A DNA stretch of 63,423 nucleotides, counting the filler, from Folioceros fuciformis (taxonomy: Eukaryota), in assembly GCA_049999805.1 (NCBI GenBank). It is 3 parts of 2 records of this genome, joined end to end, with 100 filler letters (N's around TTAATTAATTAA, not from the genome) between each part and the next. Parts side by side here need not be neighbours in the genome. Positions count along the whole stretch, not along the records: positions 28,621 to 56,670 come from JBNGIO010006327.1; 2 more parts are not named here. One strand, 5' to 3'. Below, piece by piece: positions 37,777 through 50,560 of the stretch (the stretch's first letter is position 1; each line of letters opens with the position of its first letter). A program made the translations under genes and the position numbers. The notes beneath the pieces are model-generated. The model saw only the letters and a list, made by a program, of their open reading frames with translations. It did no database searches and was not told the DNA's origin.

Positions 37777-39063
37777 ATGGCCCGAACGAAACCGCCAAGG
37801 CCAACAGCAGTTCACAATCCAGATCCCGCAACAGTCTGGCGTAGGGATATGATCTTGGCCGAGAAGCTGAAACTTAGTGGTGATTTGCAAGCGCTGCCGC
37901 CATCCCAGCTGCAAAGAGTGGCGGATTTCCTCAAGGCCCGGTTTCCTGCTCTTTGCAAAAAATTCCCAGATGGTCATGAGGAGGTCTACGTTAACCTCGG
38001 AACATTTGACAATGAAATTCTGTGGGAGCTGCGGGGATTTGCTCCCAATGCCGAGGAGAAGAGACAGCCCTTGGAGGTGCAAGCGCGTGGTGGTAAATCC
38101 CACCGGAAAGGCCAGGTTAGCGCCGATTTCGTTCTTTCCCGCCTCGGTCTGTATGATTTGGATTTTGCCGTGTCTTTTTTTTTTCGGTCCAGCTTGGCAA
38201 TTTCTTGGATATGTGAGGTGTCCCTTCACCGCGAGGTATTCCCTGTCCCGTCCAACCTCGAGCTGCCTCAGCTTTAGCGCGCGCCACGAGTTGGCGTCTG
38301 AGTATGTTGATCATGAAGATCAACTCAGTGATCTCCCGGCGACTGAGAATTCAGTGTTTCATCCCGCTTCATTGCACGCTTCCTGGCAGGAGCCAATTGC
38401 CTCTGCCGGGAGGTGCTGATTGTTGTCTGCTAGCCAGTTTGATTTCATGTTAGCCAAATTTTGACAACAGGCCTTTCCTTTTCCGATGTGTAGAAGGACA
38501 AGAAGAGGCAGTTGGAGAAGGTCAATGTTCAAGAGAAGACAAGTGCTCCATCCGTGCCGCAGGATGAAAGCCGGGAACGAGTTCAGCAGCTGCAGGGTGA
38601 GAAGCAGCATGATGCGCAGATTCCAGCTCAGGAGCAGGTCATGGAGGACCACGATTCGCAGACTCAAGCTGAGGATCAGGATGTGGAGATGCATGATGCG
38701 AAGGAGTATCAGGAAACGGTGGATCAGGATGATCAAGTTCAAGCTGACCATCACATCAACAACAGTGCCAGCGAGATTGGCTTTGCAAATCTTTGGCAGG
38801 CCCCGGCTGGTTTTAGGCCTATAGGCTCCAAAGTAGAGACTCAGCAAAGGCCACTGACCGCTGACGAGGAGGACGAACTGGTTAAGGCCGTGGAAGCGCT
38901 ACCTAGTCACATGCTTGAGAAAGTTGCCGAAATTGTCAGCAGGTGCAATCCTCAATTGTTTCCAGAGGAAGATGAGCTTGAGGTCGACCTTCACTTATGC
39001 AACATGCAGACGCTTGTTGAGCTATCTGATCTGGTGGCAGAATATAATTTAAGCAAACAGTAG
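37777..39063 (+). CDS. Protein with two extra-terminal (ET/NET) domains and no bromodomain, about 300 aa. Simplest model 37777-38115 + 38494-39063; middle splicing uncertain
   Basis: RRDMILAEKLKLSGDLQALPPSQLQRVADFL...EEVYVNLGTFDNEILWELRGF and RPLTADEEDELVKAVEALPSHMLEKVAEIV...DELEVDLHLCNMQTLVELSDLV both fit the ET consensus. Phase-0 GT-AG junction. Confidence 0.75.
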
Positions 39064-40953
39064 GAGAACGGCAACTTGACTACTTGCATCATCCTGGCCG
39101 GAGAAGTGTCGTTCTGCAGCCGGTTTGATGATCGAAGGTGCTGCCGGTACACAATCATCCTTCACTACTGTCTCCTCTTGAAGAACGAACATCCTTATGC
39201 AGTGGCTATGGTGTGGTTCTTGGAGATGTTCACGTTGGTAACTGATGATGCCTGATGCTCCCCTCATCTCGCTCCCTATGAGCGCAGCTCAAAGTCTCTT
39301 GCGCCTTAAACAGGGCCTGTTACCCGGCTTCATCCTCCAAGCTTGGAAAACAGCCTAATCTGCCTCCAGGTTTTGTATCTGCCAAAGCAACTTGGCCAGT
39401 TGCCTCATCGCTGTTGGCAACCAAGATGATGGGGATGGAAGATGTATTGATGAGGTACTTCAGACCATCAGCAACGGAACCATGTTATCTCAATGCACTG
39501 GCCAAGCCGAGAATGTCAAAGAGCCGTCCTCGGATCCGTCAGTCCTGCTCTCTGTAACAGACGCCTCTCCGAACTGTGAGACAGAAGCCGCCGAAAGACG
39601 GCCTTTCTTCACTGTCAATCGCGTAAGACGCTACCAGTGAAACCATAACCACCGTGTTCAGGGGCGTAAACAGCAGGCACTCCTGCCCCTCCGAGCTCAC
39701 AAAGGCTTGCCCCATCCCGCACTCCAGCACCCTAGCTATTGCCGCTTCTTCTTGTTGCTGCCGGTCGAATCGCGTTCCTGTTTGCCACGGCCCCACACGG
39801 TCTGCAGTCGCCACGGAGGGCCTGACGGCTTTAGCCTACGCTGTAACTTGGCACCAACTCCGATCCCCGATGGCAAGCTCGGACGACCCGCTCCATCTCC
39901 TTCTCCTAGGGCATGTCCATTTCCACGGCTCGGATTGCTAGCTCTTGGTTGGAAGCCTTCCTCGTACCTTCGCCATCGGCCTTGGTCCATCGTCGCATCT
40001 GCCTTGTCGCGAGCCCGCGCAGTCCGCCCTCTTGTTCCGCCATGTTCCTGCGTCTCCTCGCTGCAGCCTGCTGCTCGGGCATCAAGAGCGAAGTTCATCT
40101 TCACAGCCGTTGCTGGAGCGTTCTTATTCTTGTGTTACCTCATGCGATTGTACAACGACATGCTTCCACACACTGCTCGAAAGTGAGAGCCATATCCCCG
40201 GATTTGTCAGCAAAATTCAAACATTGATTGGTTATGCATTGCTTGCCATCGAACTTTCTCCAAATTTCATCTCAGAGGACCACAGTATCAGATCCATCAA
40301 ACATCATGCCCCTCCCTCCTGCATGGATGCAATTCTACAGGGAGATCCCAGTGCAATCCTCCCTAACTGCAACCATGTCAAGACGGGCGTCATNNNNNNN
40401 NNNNNNNNNNNNNNNNNNNNNNNNNNNNNNNNNNNNNNNNNNNNNNNNNNNNNNNNNNNNNNNNNNNNNNNNNNNNNNNNNNNNNNNNNNNNNACCTTTG
40501 CTGCTCCACGCTAGGGCAGTTTAGATCTACACAAGGCATGACATGAGGGACAAACACGGTTCAGCTACCTTCAGGCAGGCCGACCAACTCGCGCGAGATA
40601 GGCGAGTATGCAACCTTGGCGGCGAATTCGTATATGCACTAGGATCAAGTGTCTACGGAGTGATCGCGTGACGAGGCCACCAGGAGCGCCCCCTCAAATC
40701 TGAAAAATCTCTTGGGCCGGAGTGCCTGGATCGAATATCCCCTTCAGGGTTAGGCATGTCTGCTCAGCAAAATTCAGAGCCAAGTTTCATGGTTAAATCT
40801 GGCATTCTGGAACTTATAAACGTGTCACTTGATATAGAGCCCAGGCACGGGGATGGGTTTTTGAGATGCAGGCTGTCGACGCCTCCGGTTTGAAGGGTTG
40901 GAGCAATCGGTGCAATCAGGCAGTCCTGAGGACGCTCTGCGTAGGAAGCACCC

Positions 40954-43305
40954 ATGTCCTCTCCATCCACAACCACAAGCAGCGGCGCCAGTGTAATTCG
41001 TGATTATGGCGCAAACGCGAGTACCTGTGGCTATTGCAAAAGCTCTACTCGGAGTAGCGTTACGCATGGTGAGTTACACACCGTTCAATTCTCTTTCCTT
41101 GTGATTCTTTCAGGAGGAAGGAATGCGTAATGGCCATTTTATTGGAACACGAGGCAGTCTCGCTTGTGACTGAGCAAGAAAGAAGTGAAGCAAGCTGAAA
41201 GTGAGGCCAGCCGTGTTTGAACTGACAGGGAACTGTCATCTTGGCAGGACTGATGGCCCGCAGTCTGACTGTCCAAGATTATCAAGGTATGCTTCTAGGG
41301 AGGGTATTGGGCTTCATGGCTGAATATTATTGGGATGAGGTCAATACGCTGGATGTGAAAAAGTGCGTCTGCCACTCTGCAGACCTCCTGGATCGAGGGT
41401 GGAGACGAAGTGGAGTGCTTGTGTATAAGCCGAAATTGGCGGGCTCATGTTGTCCCCTTTACACCATCAGGTTGAAGGCAAGCTCGTTTGTTGCATCGAA
41501 GGAACAACTGAGGGTGCTGAGGCGAATGCAACGGTACTGTTGATCTTGACATGTAGCTGTGCTTCACCTTCCCTTTTCCATCTGTGAAGTCGTCTACGAT
41601 GACGAAAGCTCATAGCCAGCCCTTGCTGATTGTCACTACAACATAATAGGTTCCTAGAAGAGGACTACCGGGGTCCTGAAAGCAAAGCTGTATCGGATCC
41701 CGACGAAATGGAAGAGGCATGTGCAAAAGTCTTCAGTGGGGAAACTGGAAAACCTGCTGTGCAAAGCAATAGAATATCAGTTGGTGGACATGACGAGCTG
41801 GAATTGTTCAATGAAACAAGTTCTATTAGAGCAGATCTTTGTGTTGTGATCCAGAAGGCCCTGGAGTCAGTGTTGGAAAGTACTGATGCTCCGAGTGTGG
41901 TAGTGCGGCCAGTTTCTGCATCTTCAAGAGGCAAATGGAAGAATGTGACTGACGATGTGTTATTTACGAGTAGTGTTGCATATGCGGTCGCTGCACAGCT
42001 GAAGAGTAACGGCACAAGGGCAGAAGGTAGCGAGCAGGAAAGGGTTTCTAATCCTTCCCCTACAGAAGTTGCAGAGCTGTTAGTCTCACGGATCGAGAGT
42101 TCACCTTATCTACATGGGTTGCAAGCTCAAGCCAGTAAGGGCCACCTCAATTTTATTCGGGATCATTCTGAAGGCTCAAATGATTTGCTTCCAGTTTGCT
42201 TACCTTGCAAACAATTGCACAGTGCAGATCATTCTGGCTGTAGTAGAAAGGTTCTGCATGCTAATCCAGACAAGTTGCTAAAGAAGCACAAGCTGGAAAT
42301 GAGCATGAGAAGATCAGCATTCGATTCAGAAGAGTTTAATTTATATAGAAAGTATCAGACAAGGGTGCATAATGAAAGACCACAGTCCGTCACAGAGGCC
42401 TCATACAAAAGGTTCCTGGTTACGACTCCCGTCATAGCTGTTCCACCAGCTGAAGACGGCTCTACTCCTTCTTGCGGATTTGGGTCGTTTCATCAGCAAT
42501 ATCGATTGGATGGACAACTGGTGGCGGTTGGAGTGGTGGACATTCTTCCTAACTGCCTTTCTAGCAAGTACCTCTTCTGGAATCCTGATTTTGCGTTTTT
42601 GTCTTTGGGAAAGTTCACAGCATTGCAAGAAATAAAATGGGTGCAACGGGAGCAGAAATTGTGTCCCTCTCTTGAATATTACTACATGGGGTACTACGTA
42701 CATTCATGTCCAAAGATGCGCTACAAGGCTTCTTACAGGCCATCAGAGTTGCTTTGTCCGGCAGACCTCAGGTTTGGTTTGTGGGCACATGTTGTTTATC
42801 GGTGTTGCTCTGGATCAGCTGTTTAGATTGTCTTTATCATGTTAGATGTATCTGACTCCTTCCATTGCTTGCTGGCAGTTGGGTACCGTTCTCTGCTGCT
42901 GAACCTTTGATTGAAGAACGGGCTGTCACTCGTCTCTGTGGTGGAGTCGTCACTTCCGATGGCATGCCCAGTATTAACACTGAGGATGAAGTCGACATAT
43001 TTGACTCTCCCTGTCTTGTCGAAGACATCATCGATGAGGTTCCTTTGATGTTGCGACAAGAAGTCGTATTCCTTAAGGTACGGTCATTCCTATCTTCTGA
43101 GGCCCATGTTTTTGGTGGATAAGTGTCTAAGTCACCGTTGTGTGCACGGCTGAAGCTTTAGTGTCTCATCTTCTGTTCCCGATCTGCGAAGGATTTGAAG
43201 GCTCTCAATGATCATGAAATCATTGCGGATTTATGTGAAGCGCTTAGGCAGTACACGAAGCTTGTGGGGCCTGCCGTTGCTGCAAGGATGTTGTACTGTT
43301 TGTAA
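40954..43305 (+). CDS. ATE1: Arginyl-tRNA--protein transferase, 579 aa. Exons 40954-41068, 41248-41286, 41383-41533, 41650-42771, 42879-43077, 43192-43305
   Basis: CGYCK, LLDRGWRRSG, CCPLYTIRL, GFGSFHQQYRLDGQLVAVGVVDILP and YYYMGYYVHSCPKMRYKA. In-frame splice model of 1740 nt. Confidence 0.95.
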
Positions 43306-44189
43306 GATGGTAGGAAGTCATTTTGTCCATCCGCCGATCACAGCATAAGCTATCAAATGATTCTGGGTTTCCGTTGAGCTCATCATGCAAGTTGGTCTGT
43401 GAAAAGTGTGGATGGCATTCGACACCTGTCAGGCTCTTCGCAGCCAACTGTACAGCTTTGTTGGTAAGGTAGCCAAATACATAACCTGTTGAGCTCTAGG
43501 AGGATTGTGTTTACTTTGTTCCCATTCAATACCTACGAAGACTGCGGCTGCCCGACGGAGGGGTCATAGCATTCCAGGTCGTGTGTGTATACAGCCTCTA
43601 TGGGGTATGCTGCTTAGGTTGGATTGTCTGTGAAATCCATCGCCACTAATGGGGACAGGTGTGTAAGAGCGATACCCTGGTTGTTGTCGAGCAGTCACTG
43701 AGCTGCTGCAGGGCAGCCTTGACCCAGAGATCCTCGTAAAGCAGTTACACGGAATCAGACGTTCAAAATCACTGGGGACTGCCGCTGACAAATCTGGGAT
43801 TATTGTGAACCACTACCGCTGGTTACCTTCCAGCAAAGCCGTTTCCCTTTGGACGTACGATCAGTCTATTAAGAGCAATAATTCCAACCAACGCATCGTG
43901 AATCTCAGTGGCACCGATGCCGTGGGACACTGAGACACGTTCAAAATCAGATGGACGTCGCTTTCCTTGATACCTCAGAGCCGCTTCCTTGAGATTTCAC
44001 TACTTAGTGTAAGGTACTTTCGTCACAGTGCCGAGTGGCGTGAGTGACAAGGTGCAGAATATTCCTCGGCATTTCCGATTTATATGTGCATATGGTGATC
44101 CGACGAGGCATAACGGACGAGGTCGCCAAGTCATTTGTTCCGGCCAAACCTCCAGCTCCGCCATCTCTGGCGTCCTTCCTCGGAGCGCT

Positions 44190-47015
44190 ATGGCAACCGC
44201 AACACCAGCAGTGAAAGCGGTGCAAAGTCGAGGCAATGCCACAGTCGAGGTTTGGAGTTCTGCTCCTCTTCTCTCCTTTGTTGCATGTTTGCCCATGTCT
44301 GCGAATGGTAATTTGCCGATCTGTTGAGGGGAATTTGTGCTGGCTCTTCGCAGGAGTACCTGGAAAAGCACCAGCTGTCACAACGCATCGAGGACGCTGT
44401 CAATGCTGCAGTTCGAGCGAAGACCACTGAGCCGATTCAGTTTGTTGTACGTACCTGGATCCCACTTGAGCTGGACAGGATGATCTGAGAACTATTCAAG
44501 CGTTGGGTTTTGACTGAAATCCTGTTTGAACAAGTTTGCGGGCCCGCTGTGTAAGATATGTGCGTGGCGCGATCTGCAGGCCAATCACTTGAGAAGGGCA
44601 TTACCCTCCGTCATTCAAAAGGTGAAGGCTCGTCAGATTTTTGACAGCCGTGGCAATCCGACGGTTGAGGTTGACCTCCAGACGAACAAGGGCATCTTCC
44701 GTGCTGCTGTCCCTAGTGGAGCCTCTACGGGAATGTGAGAGACGGCTTGGCTTTTGATTGACTGTCGTTGCTGTAGTAGGCCTGTCCTCTTTCTGGGGGC
44801 TCTGATGGAGAATTGTTTTACACCGGGGCAGTCATGAAGCCGTGGAGCTCAGAGATAAGGAAAAGGACAAGTACCATGGCAAGGGTGTCCTTAAGGCTGT
44901 TGCCAATGTCAACGAGAAAATCAGCCCAGCAATTCAAGGCCTGGACCCGACACAGCAGGCAGAAGTTGATAAAGTTATGATTGACCTAGATGGCACCGAG
45001 AACAAGGTACGTTTGTTTTTTGAATTCCCGCCGATCTCCAGCCGCTGCATTTCCTGCCTTCCGGATGTGTGATCATACCTGTGTTTGAAACGTCTTATGT
45101 AACTGCTATATTGTGATGGCCAACTGGTACATTTGATAAATCTTGTATATTGACATACGACTTCTCAAATTATCGAAGTAGCCCATATTTTTCAGGATCT
45201 AGAGCTGAAAGGGTTATTGCTTTGCAGGCCGAGCTTGGTGCAAATGCTATCCTTGCAGTTTCCCTCGCCGTGGCTAAAGCTGGAGCTGCTGAGAAGGAGG
45301 TACTCAGCTTTGAGATTTGCTTTTTCCTTACTAAGCTGCTTCACGATTGTATCTGGGATTTGCCTTTGTTGCGTTGTGCGTGCCATACTGAACGTATTTA
45401 TTGTTGCAGGTACCTTTGTACCAACACATTGCAGATCTTGCAGGGAACTCAAAGCTTGTACTTCCTGTTCCTGCATTCAATATTATTAATGGTGGAGACC
45501 ATGCTGGCAACAAGCTTGCCTTTCAGGTATCAATCACTTGCTAAAACTAGCAGCGTAGAGTGGGATTGGGAAGGCGTTGGGATGCCTTTCTCACAGCTAC
45601 TTTTCTGTTGGTTCTTTTTGCAGGAGTTTATGATCCTGCCCATTGGAGCCAGTACTTTCACCGAGGCTATGCGGATGGGCTCAGAGACCTACCATCACTT
45701 GAAGGTTAGTAGTAGAATTATGATCACCTGAACTGTGGAGTGGGTGAAAATGTCTGCGCTCATTGTACTGAGTTCTATCCTGCCTGCAGGCTGTGATCAA
45801 GGAGAAATATGGGATAGACGCATGCAATGTTGGTGATGAAGGAGGTTTTGCTCCTAATATCTCCAGGCATGCCCTTGCTAACTCTTAAACATCTTTGAAG
45901 GGTCTTGTATCTGTTTGAGTACCTAACATGGAATTGCACTTTGCAGTACCCAAGAGGGACTGGATTTGATCATTGAAGCAATTGAAAGAGCACACTACAC
46001 TGGCAAAGTCAAGATCGGAATGGACGTTGCTGCCAGCGAATTCCACACAGGTATTTTTCCCCTGTTCAATCAGCAGAGAGTGGCCTGTTTGATGGGATAA
46101 GCAATCCTGTGTTCAGCCCTCGATGCAGCCTAACTGTACACGTCTGGTGCAGAGGACAAGAAGTACGATCTAGGTTACAAAAATCCTGGTGCTTCAGACG
46201 TTAAAACAGGGCAAGAGTTGATTGACTTTTATAAGCAACTCTGTGCCAAGTACCCCATAATATCAATTGAGGATCCCTTTGAGCAGGATGACTGGGCCAA
46301 CACAAAGGCTCTCAACAGTCTCGGCATTGCTCAGGTAAGGTGTCTGGTCTTCTGTTTTCATCTGTTACAGTGTATGGCTACATCCCACTGTTGCAAACCT
46401 CTTTTCTGTGTAGATTGTTGGAGATGACTTACTTGTCACCAACCCCAAAAGAGTACAGAAAGCCATAGCGGACTCTACATGCAATGCCCTCCTGTTGAAG
46501 GTAGGTATACGAGATCCTGGGCTACCTTGCTGAATTGCCGCTTGCTTGCATTGTTTCTGTCTCGCATGTTGAATGTGTACGTGGAGCCTTGCAGGTCAAC
46601 CAGATTGGGACAGTCACGGAGTCTATTGAAGCAGTTAAGATGGCGCAGAAAGCGGGCTGGGGTGTGATGGCTTCCCATAGGAGCGGAGAGACTGAGGACT
46701 CTTTCATTGCTGACCTGGCTGTTGGCCTAGCCACTGGGCAGATCAAGACTGGTGCCCCTTGCAGAAGCGAAAGACTTGCGAAGTACAATCAGGTCGGCAT
46801 TATGTCTTTGCATTCGATTGCAGAAATGACGCTTGTGCCTTGTTGTTAAGCTCTTGACGATTGTCTCGGTTGATGCCGCACGTGCTCTTGGCAATGTACC
46901 TGATAATAGTCGTTTTGTCCAGCTTCTTCGCATCGAGGAAGAATTGGGAGAGAAGGCTGTGTACGCAGGTCGCAGCTGGAGTCCAGCTGCAGCTGTTGAG
47001 GGTGCTACTGAATGA
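44190..47015 (+). CDS. ENO3: Enolase, ENO3/ENOc type, copy 1, 497 aa, 13 exons (44190-44249, 44354-44446, 44580-44734, 44832-45006, 45228-45299, 45410-45526, 45624-45704, 45790-45866, 45947-46050, 46153-46334, 46414-46500, 46595-46792, 46923-47015)
   Basis: [24 protein letters not shown]-terminal domain; [42 protein letters not shown] and SHRSGETED. The EWGWC insert of LOS2-type enolases is absent. The first exon is inferred. Confidence 0.93.
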
Positions 47016-47373
47016 GCCATCTCCTCATCTGCTGGGAAGCAAAGAAACGGGAGAAGTTCAAGGTGTTGAGATTTATTTGAAGCCGTTCTTCTTTCAAACG
47101 AAGGCTCTTAAGCAAAGGAATGATACGCGACTTAACTTAAATGTAATGTTTTGAAGGCCTCGGAGAAGTTTTTTAAGAGGCTGACTCTTTGATTGGCCTA
47201 ATGCAGTCAAAGTTTTGAATATGGCGTCGAATGTTTTGTAAAATGTGAAGGTATTCACTGTGCGGAAATACCATCAAGAAATACACTTGTCGCCTGGCAA
47301 TTGCTTTATATACGAAAATAGGTGTGTGTTTAATCATGAGCCACCATGTGATTTGTGTCAGTTTCTCTCGCAC

Positions 47374-47670
47374 TATGACTTGGAGATGGATGTGGAAAGA
47401 TGTAGAAAGGCGAGATNNNNNNNNNNNNNNNNNNNNNNNNNNNNNNNNNNNNNNNNNNNNNNNNNNNNNNNNNNNNNNNNNNNNNNNNNNNNNNNNNNNN
47501 NNNNNNNNNNNNNNNNATGACTTGGAGATGGATGTGGAAAGATGTAGAAAGGCGAGATGGATACACTATGACTTGGAGATGGATGTGGAAAGATGTAGAA
47601 AGGCGAGATGGATATACAGCGATCACGCTACAACTCTTGGAGGTATGGATGTGGAAAGGTCCACCATGTA
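47374..47670. repeat. 51-bp tandem repeat spanning an N gap
   Basis: ATGACTTGGAGATGGATGTGGAAAGATGTAGAAAGGCGAGATGGATACACT at about 47375, 47517 and 47568. Confidence 0.85.
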
Positions 47671-47758
47671 GAAAGATTCACCACTGAAGTTGAAAAAATT
47701 GGTGCTCTTTGTTCACTTAATACACTGATGTTGAAGAAGTTCTTTGCTAACTAACACT

Positions 47759-48975
47759 CCATTGTGATAAACAACTATATAAGAAAGCAAAAGAACAGTA
47801 TCTTCTGTCGATTGTGATAAGCAAAGCACAAAGCAACTATATAAGAAAGCAGAAGACAAGTATCTGTTGAATTTTTTTTGGATGTGATTGTAGCCAGGAA
47901 ATTGTGGTGAGCATGAGCAAGAGACGTGTAGCACAAAGAGACGTGTAGCACAAACGTGTGTATCTTGAGAAACTGACTGGGTTACATTTGTAGTCATTGA
48001 TGACGGTTTCAACTACCCACCAGCTAATATTTAACCTAAATATAATACATAATACATAAATAATTCTAAAGCTATTTCTTAACAGTATCTTCTGTCGATT
48101 GTGATAAGCAAAACAAAAAGCAATTATATAAGAAAACAGCCACTGGCTAATATTTAACCTAAATATAATACATAATGTATAAATAAGTCTAAAGTTATTT
48201 CTTAACAGTATCTTATGTCGATTGTGATAAGCAAAACATAAAGCAACTATATAAGAAAACAGAAGACACTATAGTATCTTCTATCCATTGTGATAAGCAA
48301 AGCATAAAGCAACTATGTAAGAAAGCAAAATATTAGTAGTATCTTTTGTCCATTGTGATAAGCTCTTCAATCGAAAGAAAGCAATTATGTAAGAAAAGGG
48401 AAGACTAACCCCTATCTTGTGGCTTTAATATAATGCGAAATGATCTAATCATTGCTATGGTGTGGTGCAAGTCATGTGAAGAACATGTCATGCATAATTG
48501 TGTGTTATGTCATAGGTGCATGCAAACAGTATGTAATTAATAATAATATATACTTATAAATTCTTGGTTCTTGATAAAATGATAGAATATAAAGTCAACA
48601 TGATAGACACAAAAGAGAACTAAATTTGTGGCCTTAGTTAGAACAAGTATGAAATACAAGGCATAAAAGCTAGTTTGGTGGTGTTTGCTGCAACATTAAG
48701 CTTGTATTTTCCTAGTGGAATCTAATTGAGCTACATGTACAAGATTGTGTGACCCTATTATGCCTTATAAAACCCAAGTTAGAACTTTAGGAAGTGTGGA
48801 TGCATATATATGGATTTGTATGGTGAGATAAGAAAGCATATAAGCTATAACTTCAAGAAAGTGTGAATGCATGTATATGGGTTTGCACGGTGACATAAGG
48901 AAGCACCTCAAGTAGAACTTCAAGAAGTGTGGATGCATATATATGGGTTTGCAAGATGACATAAAGAAGCATATG
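47759..48975. repeat. AT-rich degenerate repeat arrays in the inter-enolase spacer, probably a non-coding transposon relic
   Basis: ATTGTGATAAGCAAA..AAAGCAACTATATAAGAAA about 6 times (47759-48400). AGAACTTCAAGAAGTGTGGATGCATATATATGG 3 times (about 48780-48975). Confidence 0.75.
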
Positions 48976-50560
48976 CTTTTACTATTACAGAGCTAGCACT
49001 AGCTTGCAAATAATAAATGTGTGCATTGTGTGGTGTGGTGGAAATATTTTAATTAAATAGTTTATTAATATCACTAATACTATTAGGATAACTTAATTAT
49101 TAAGTAATTATTATTTACATGCAGTTAGCCAACACACAATTATGCTTGACAGTTGTAAAAAAGTAATAGATGTGATAGTAGTAAAGGTGGTTGGTGCAAG
49201 GACAAGACCTATCTACATGTACTAGCCAAAAGCCAAGCACTAGCCAAGAGCTAAGCACTTGCACACTTACTAAAAGACAAATGAAGTTGAGCTTCATGGG
49301 GCTAGGGATAGAAGAGTCCATATTAAGGATGATGGATTAGAAAACCTTGGTTAACTTCGTTTTGTATTGTGAATAGTTATTACTAGCCCTTTAAAACTAT
49401 GAGAGACGAAATGTGAAATGGGCTCCATATATCATGATGGACAGTGCCACTTAGCTTGTTTGGCTTGAAGATAGAAGTTCTACTTTGCTCCTTTCTCAAC
49501 TTTAAGGTATTGGCATAAAATATATCCCCAATCTAGCTTGGGACTAGGATATATGAAGGGATAAGGTTCTCTTCTCCTTCAATTAGAATGGGAGAATGAT
49601 ACAACCACAAAAAGTGCAAGGTTACAAGAGGAAAAAATATGAAATCTCATATACCTAAAAGCAAAGCAAATAACAATTTGGATTGCACCAAGCTAATAAT
49701 AATTATCTCTCCTAATTGATCAATTTAAAAATACATTTTTGCCAACAAACACTCAAGAGGGCATAAGCCAAGAGGGATAATGATTATGATGGCAAATTCT
49801 AAAACCCACTTGCTAACCAAGACAAGCCACCACAAAAGAACAAGAAAAGACCTAACCCATTCGTGAGGTCGTGATAGGCCTTAATACAGCCAACTAGAAG
49901 CTATGAGAATGCACACAAACCCCATAAATCTAGATGGTGAGACGATGAATACATGCTGACACATACATAGGTTTGGACTCCTAGATTCTTTGCATTTTAT
50001 GCATTCTTGTGTAAGCCATCCCAAGGGATTGCTAGTGACCTCACTAAAGAATATTGCTTTTTTGGTGTGAGTATCAAAAGAAAAAAAAAACTTTTGGTCG
50101 AAAATATGATGCAAGGTTTTCATTAATTTATAGTAATTTATGTCAAGTGTCGCACAAGGTTGCTGTCCAAATCCCCAAGGGGTGCATCCTAAAGTACCAC
50201 TTGTACGGAAAAGATTCTACTACTTGTATACTAAAATATTATTGAAAATAATATCAGTAATAAAGTAAAATTATTGAGCAGAAAATAAGTAAAAGAATTA
50301 AAAAAAAACCTCGAGCAGAATACGTGGAAAAATTATGAGAAAATCGTCGAAGCATACCGGGAAGAAAAGCTGGGGAAAATGTTCGAAGCGCAACGTTGGG
50401 CTTAAAATGAATGCTGAAGCGTCTCGTATCATCACCAATGTCTTTGCTTTAGGTGACGAAAGACAAGTATAAGTTTATGTTGAGGAAGTCACGATAATGG
50501 CGACGTGGCTCATGTGTAAATCTACCTTCGATTCAATGCGTTGTCAAAAACCTTGGATTT

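Noticed and set aside
39392-40392. Short ORFs downstream of the double-ET gene
   Set aside because: No consistent splice model or recognisable domain, and the region is cut by a gap.
7861-48975. Regular repeat arrays as possible CRISPR-like loci
   Set aside because: Units are contiguous with no unique spacers, there are no cas genes, and the context is eukaryotic.
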